Shown piece after piece: positions 58,168-64,000 of a DNA stretch of 64,000 nt. Numbering within the stretch: position 1 is the first letter of the stretch; the number at the start of each line of letters is the position of its first letter. The notes under the pieces were generated by a model. It had not been told where the DNA came from. It made no database searches and saw only the letters and a list, made by a program, of their open reading frames with translations. Where the stretch lies: positions 1,568,001 to 1,632,000 of the forward strand of contig CM000151.3 of NCBI GenBank assembly GCA_000004695.1, written 5' to 3'. Origin of the DNA: Dictyostelium discoideum (Eukaryota). The position numbers and the translations under genes are program-made.

Positions 58168-60966
58168 ATGTCTTCAATTAAAATCAAAAGTATAACAATC
58201 AATCACTCAAACTATTTAATTAGAGTGACAAGGTAAGTTGTTTTTTTTTTTTATTTTTTTTTTTTTTATTTTTTTATTTTAGCATAAGAATATATTTACC
58301 AATAAACCTTTTTTTTTTCTTTCTTTTTTCTTTCTGTTTTTTTTTTTTTTTTTTTATCAATTTTTTTATTTTTTTTATTTATTTTCAAAAAAAAAAGACA
58401 AATTTCATTTGAACCTAGTAATGGAGAGTATGTATTTTATTTACCAGATGAAATAAATAGTAAAGAGGCAATTGATGTTGAAGATCCAGTTTGTAATGGA
58501 TCAACATTATTGTATCCTCGTAAACCATCATTCCCAGCAGATTTGGAACGTTTCAAGAATCAAAGATTCAAAATTCAAACAATTGATGGTTGTCAAATCA
58601 TTGGTAAATTAATTGGTACACATGAATCGTCAAAGACAAGTACCCAAAATGTGGTAACAATTGATGTTGAAACTTTTCATTCACCAAAGAATTCATTAAC
58701 AGTTCCAAAAGGTTTAATATCATTAAACCAATCTCAAGTGTTAACTTATTTCCTTCTAGAAGAATCATCACCATCATCATCAACTGGATTTCAAGTTGGA
58801 AATGCCAATAGATATACAAAGATCGTTATCAACAATACAAGCATTGCAAGAGATATCTTAGTAAGTTATTGTGTCATTGGTAATTCAGATTCACTTGGTT
58901 ATTTTGTTCATTCAGTTAAAGGTATTCAAAGTAAACCATTATACACTAAACCAAATTTAGAATCCAACATTCCAATTAAAATTACAACTGAATATATTTG
59001 GAAACCAATTTGGGATATTACAATTGATAGAGAATCAAATTTAGTTGGTGATGGTCATAACAACAATAACAACAACAACAACAACATAACTGATGATGGT
59101 AGTTTTTATGGTGGGTCAGGTGTAACATTTAATATTATAACAAAAGATGAAAAATATGTTTACACAGTTGAAAATTTTGTTTGTTATAAAAATTATGAAA
59201 ATAAAATTCAACTCAATTCATTCGAAACTACATGTAATCGTGCAGTATTTGTTCATTTAGCTGGTCCAATTCAAATTGCATTATACTTTGAAAATAATTC
59301 AAAATCATTACTATCAAAATCAACTATTAAATTTGTTGATGATTATACTGAATCACCAAATTTAGATTTATCAAAACCAACAACATTCCAACAAAATACA
59401 AGAGATTTTGGTAATAATATCAAAAAACCAGTTGGATTGTTCTTTTCAAATGATAAGAAAACAGAATTTGAATTTTTAAATCCAGTTGAACCAAAATCAA
59501 TTGGTATCATTGTATTTAAAGTTCCAAATGAAAGTATTAAAGTTTACAAGGATATTGCTCATCAACCATTATGGGGAACTAAATCAAAGGAATATAGAAT
59601 CAATGAAATTAAATTATCACTTATCTTTACATTAATGGATGCTCAAGTTTTAAGTAAAATTAAATATCAATTTGTAAATGCAACTCAACTTAAAACAAAA
59701 TATATTGTTGATTGTAATTCAATCACTATTAATAAAACTAATAATAATAACAATGCTTTTGGTGGTGCTACTGCTGCCAATGGTCGTGGTGGTGGTGATG
59801 ATGATGATGATTCCGGATTACCAAGAAATGAAGATGTCAGTATCGATACTTCAAATTGTGAAAAGATTGGTGAAACTTTATACCTTTTTGACTCTTTACC
59901 ACTTTCAATTAATCAATTTGAAATGACCTATAGAAATAAGAAACAATTAATGACTCATTCTAGATTACCACAAGTTGTTTTAACCTATTTAAAAGAAAAA
60001 GGTATTGATGTTAGTTATAGTCCAAATAAATTTGATACTTATGATCTCTCAAGTTTGGATTCAATCACTCAAGATACTCTCATTAAATTAATGGGTACTT
60101 TATCATTGGAAGAGAAAACAAGTAATTATTTCAATAAAGCATTCTCAACAAGTCCAATTGCAAGCATTTTATTCGATGCTTATGATTTCAATCAAACTGC
60201 AAGTAAAGGTTCATTTAATAATAATCCATCTTTCGGTTTATTTGGTTCACAACCACCTCAACAACAACAACAACAACAACAACAGCAACAAGGAGTAGGA
60301 GGTTTGTTTAGTAATGCACCTCAAGCTCATGGTTTTAGTTCTGGAGGTCTTTTTGGTTCAACTGCACCACCACAAACCAGTTCTTTCGGATTTGGAGGAT
60401 TCAGTAGTGCTCCAGTTTCAGCAACACCATCAGCAGCACCATCATTATTTGGTAGATTAGTTAGTGCTCCAGTTTCAGCAACACCATCAGCAGTACCAAC
60501 TGCCACTTCACAATTCGGTGGAACAACAAGTTTTAATAAAATTGAAACTCCAACTGGTACCCCTACCTCTTTTTCATTTGGTGCTTCCACAACACCAAGT
60601 TCCTCAGGATTTGGGGGATTCGGTAGTGCTCCAGTCTCAACAACACCATCATTTGGTGCTATCCCTTCTTCCCCAGTTGAAAAAACAACAGCAACAACAA
60701 CAACAACAGCAACTCCTCATTCAAATACAGAATCATCACTATTTGGAAGCACACAAGCCAATATCACTTCATTGTTTGGTGGCTCGTCTACTCCACAACC
60801 ATCCACATTCTCATTTTCAACACCACAATCAAAATTTGAAAATAATGATACCACTGATTATACTCCAACACCAACTGATAATATTACTCTTACTTCAATT
60901 TCAGCAATGCCACAATTCTCAAATAAATCTGTTGAAGAAATCAAACATGAACAAACAAAAAAATAA
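58168..60966 (+). CDS. FG/GLFG-repeat protein, a candidate FG-nucleoporin: structured N-terminal domain of about 600 aa with C-terminal FG repeats. Exons 58168..58232 and 58398..60966
   Basis: MSSIKIKSITINHSNYLIRVT followed by R(ag) and the donor gtaagt at 58233. The acceptor is aaaaag at 58392-58397. The total of 2634 nt is a multiple of 3. The C-terminal third carries SFGLFG, GGLFSNAP, GGLFGSTAP, SFGFGGF, SLFGSTQ and SLFGGSS motifs in a T/S/P-rich context. Confidence 0.6.
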
Positions 60967-61713
60967 ATTTGTAAATCCAATAAATAAATAAAGATAAGAT
61001 TATAGAATATAACATTTTATATATATGTTTTTTTTTTTTCAATATTATTTTATTTTATTTTATTTTATTTTATTTTATTTTATTTTATAAAAATTTTATA
61101 TTATTTTTAAATTATTTCTTTGGTTTTAAAATTTAAATTTGTTTTTTTATCATAAATCAAAAAAAAATGAAATTCTCTTAGTATTTGAGTTATTCAATTT
61201 CATTTGAATAATCAAAATTCAAAAAATAAAAAATATCAATAAAAACTATATAATTTAATTTTATTTTTTTTTAAAAAAAAAAAAAAAATCATTAGAAAAA
61301 TAATCTTTTTATTTATTTCCATATTTTTTATAAAAATAAATTTAATATTGGGTTGAATTATATCATCAAGTTCTATTGAATCTTGTGTTCTTGATGGTAC
61401 TGTATTTGCCCAACAAGATAAAACAAATTTAAATTTGTGAAAAAATTAGTTGTTTCACTATACATAGATTCACAAAAAGTAAATAATATCTTTTTACTTT
61501 TTTTTTTTTTTTTTTTGAACAAAAGGGAAATTATTTTTATTACAATATTAACTATCATCACCATATTAATAAACCTTTTTTTTTTTTTTTTTTTTTTTCT
61601 CTTTCCACTTTTTTTTTTTTTCTTTTTAAATTTAAATTTAGGAAAATACAGAAACTTTTAATTTTCAAATTAATGAAATTAAAGATGAAAATGGTTAAAT
61701 AAAAACATTAGTT

Positions 61714-62922
61714 ATGCCAATTTCAATTTCATTTAAAAAATCAGAAATATTTATAAATTATCCATTGGTTTATTTGCAAAATGTAGCATATCAACCAAAA
61801 GAAACAGTAATTTATAAAACAGATTATCTTGTAACTAGTGGTTGTAAAGATACACCAAGTGATCATACATGTCCAGGTGCAACAGAAATCAATGGTAAAT
61901 TAATAAGAGATAGTCAAGGATTTTGTTGTAGTTGTTAAATGTCTGATTATATTGATGCTGATCAAAATTCAAGAGCAAATTTAGGTTGTTCACTATTAGG
62001 TTCCCAATCATCATCAGCACACTGTTTATCATTTAGTCCAATGAAATATGATGTTTATAATATTGCCAAAACTCAAGTTGAATATAAAATCACAGCAACA
62101 TTAACCTATAGTTATAATCAAAATCCAATCACTCAAGATATAATTTTATCAAATTCAAATCCAATGGGAATGGATTCATTCAGCCAAGCTATGATTAGAA
62201 TTGTTGGCGATTTTCAATCGTCAACTCAAATTAATCAATTCACTGATAAGAAAGTTGTGTTTCCATATAATCAACCAAATTCAATAAATACTGCTATGTT
62301 GTTAGACCAGAATTTCTTTGATTTGTCAGGGTTAACATGTAATAAAATTGGGGTTTCCTATAGTGCCTTTCAAAATCAACCAAATAAATGTGCAGCTTTA
62401 TTTGGGTCTTGCCTTCAAAATCAAATCGCTGATTATTATAATGCTGATGTCACATTAATTTCAAATGGAAAGAAAGGAAACTATATTGCATCTCAATTTG
62501 GTACAAAAGTTGCAGGTGACCAAAATTCAAGATCATTGAAAATTAGATTCGATGAATCTCATAGAACAATGTTAACAATTACATTGAAAGCTGATTCACT
62601 TCAATATAGAGTTGATATATCACCAGGTAAAATTATAAGTTATCAAATCGATCGATTTGAGTCAATGTCAAAAAATGGTATATTAAGAGTAAAAGTTCAA
62701 AATATTGGTACAATTAATTCAGATTATACATTGGCAATAGTTAATTGTTCAGGTGATATTAATCCTATAGATAGTAAAGATGTAACCATAAAATCAAAGG
62801 AAATTTATAGTTTTGAATTTCAAATTTTTACAACTTCAAAATTAGATTCATCTTATCAATGTTTTGGTGATTTATATAATGAAGTTGCTCAAGTTATCCA
62901 TAGTTGCCCATGCCAAAATTAA
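61714..62922 (+). CDS. Cysteine-containing extracellular-type protein whose single reading frame is interrupted by one in-frame TAA at 61936..61938. It may be a pseudogene, a sequencing error or two separate products. It is probably missing upstream exon(s). There is a possible HAP2/GCS1-like motif (low confidence).
   Basis: ORFs 61714..61938 and 61939..62922 share a frame ('...INGKLIRDSQGFCCSC*MSDYIDADQNSRANLGCSLLGSQSSSAHCLSFSPMKYDVYNI...'). There is no signal peptide at 61714, so upstream exons are expected. Confidence 0.35.
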
Positions 62923-63090
62923 TATGGCTGCTGAAATTAATATGGTAATTTTGGCATGGGACTTATGTCTGCTAGAATTACCACATTAATTTCAGCAGCC
63001 ATATTAATTTTGGCATGCACAGACCAACTATTTTAGGCTGAAATTAATATGGCTGCCGAAATTAATATGGTAATTTTGGGCATAGAAAAA
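62900..63090. repeat. Cluster of nested inverted and direct repeats ('tatggctgctgaaattaatatgg' / 'ccacattaatttcagcagccata', three copies of 'taattttggcatg', two copies of 'ggctgc(t/c)gaaattaatatgg') overlapping the stop codon of the preceding gene
   Basis: Seen in the sequence. It is not A/T homopolymeric, unlike normal intergenic DNA in this genome. Confidence 0.8.
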
Positions 63091-63463
63091 TAAAAAAAAA
63101 ACTCAAAGTCATTTAATTAATAATAATCATCTCAAATATAAAAGAATTAAAAATAATAAAAAAAAACTCATGGGATTAATTACAGTAACAATACTGATGA
63201 CAAGAATAATTATAAAATAAAAAAAAAAAAAAAATCTTTTTTTATCTTTTTATTTTTATTTCTTATTTATTTTCATGTGTTCAAAAAAAGTGGTGGTTTA
63301 AAACAATTTATTTAATTTTAAACTGTATGATTGTTTAAACAATTTCGAAATAAGTTTCTTTAAAGAAATTCTGTATTTCTTTTTTTTATTTTATTTTATT
63401 TCATTTCATTCTATTTTTTTATTTTTATTTTTTTATTTTTTTTTTTTTTTTTGTATATTTAAG

Positions 63464-63640
<177 letters not shown>

Positions 63641-63791
63641 AAGGGATATCTTTTACTTTTTTTTTATATATAATTGTTCGAAACTTTAAAAAATAAAATA
63701 AAAAAAAAAAAATTAAAAAAAAAAATATAAAAAAAAAATTAAAAAAATTAAAAAGTATTTTTTTTTTTTATTTTTTTATTTTTCCACCCGA

Positions 63792-64000
63792 AGATGTCGC
63801 TTTTTTGGAATTTAAAGATGTTGAATTCAATCAAAGTGATGAATTTGGTGTATTATTTAACGAAGTTACTATTGATAAAAATGATTTGAAGTACAAAGTA
63901 AATGTTGAATTTAGAGAGGCGGAGACAAGTAAAAATAAATTGCAAAGGGATATCGAAATAACCAAAAGAAAATCAACAGATGACCTAGTTGAAAAAGCAA
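63792..64000 (+). CDS. Partial coding exon of an unidentified gene continuing past the window end
   Basis: Open frame PEDVAFLEFKDVEFNQSDEFGVLFNEVTIDKNDLKYKVNVEFREAETSKNKLQRDIEITKRKSTDDLVEKA... runs to the window edge. It has no in-frame ATG at its start, so the start codon is probably in an upstream exon or the first codons are out of view. Confidence 0.35.

Overview
This window is eukaryotic nuclear DNA, almost certainly Dictyostelium discoideum or a very close dictyostelid. The evidence is roughly 75-80% A+T content, poly(A/T) intergenic deserts, (AAT)n/(ATT)n microsatellites inside genes, and proteins with long poly-N, poly-Q and poly-P tracts. The introns are short and AT-rich with GTAAGT/GTATGT donors. 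One gene is a conventional actin identical in character to the Dictyostelium act8 group. A tRNA gene carries a downstream extra B box, and a tRNA-associated non-LTR retrotransposon of the TRE type is present.

Gene content from start to end of the window:
- a secreted EGF-like protein, partial at the window start
- a cysteine-less PrxQ/BCP-like thioredoxin-fold protein
- a 2,100-aa PX-PH AGC-type protein kinase
- a ~2.7 kb tandem segmental duplication carrying two paralogous proline-rich genes
- a WRNIP1/Mgs1-type AAA+ ATPase
- an RRM-like coiled-coil protein
- a 1,212-aa hypothetical protein
- a small enzyme cluster of an SDR oxidoreductase, a PIG3-like quinone oxidoreductase and a secreted CDA-fold deaminase, with one small membrane-protein gene between the SDR and the quinone oxidoreductase
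- a Grl-family GPCR with a BMP-type binding domain followed by seven transmembrane helices
- a decaying actin locus with an actin pseudogene, a Tc1/mariner-like DNA transposon and an intact actin
- a tRNA gene split by a 5.26 kb TRE-type retrotransposon flanked by a 12-bp target-site duplication
- a secreted Cys-rich protein
- a 7-exon LRR-EGFx8-IPT/TIG-TM receptor-like gene
- an m-AAA (FtsH/AFG3-like) protease
- an FG/GLFG-repeat nucleoporin-like protein
- a cysteine-containing extracellular protein interrupted by a single in-frame TAA

I see no prokaryotic-style defence or biosynthetic system. The features most worth follow-up are the tRNA-disrupting retroelement, a conserved candidate small-RNA element inside the duplicated segments, the secreted deaminase, the Cys-less peroxiredoxin paralogue and the stop-interrupted HAP2-like gene. 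Splice junctions were worked out by hand and are approximate where stated.
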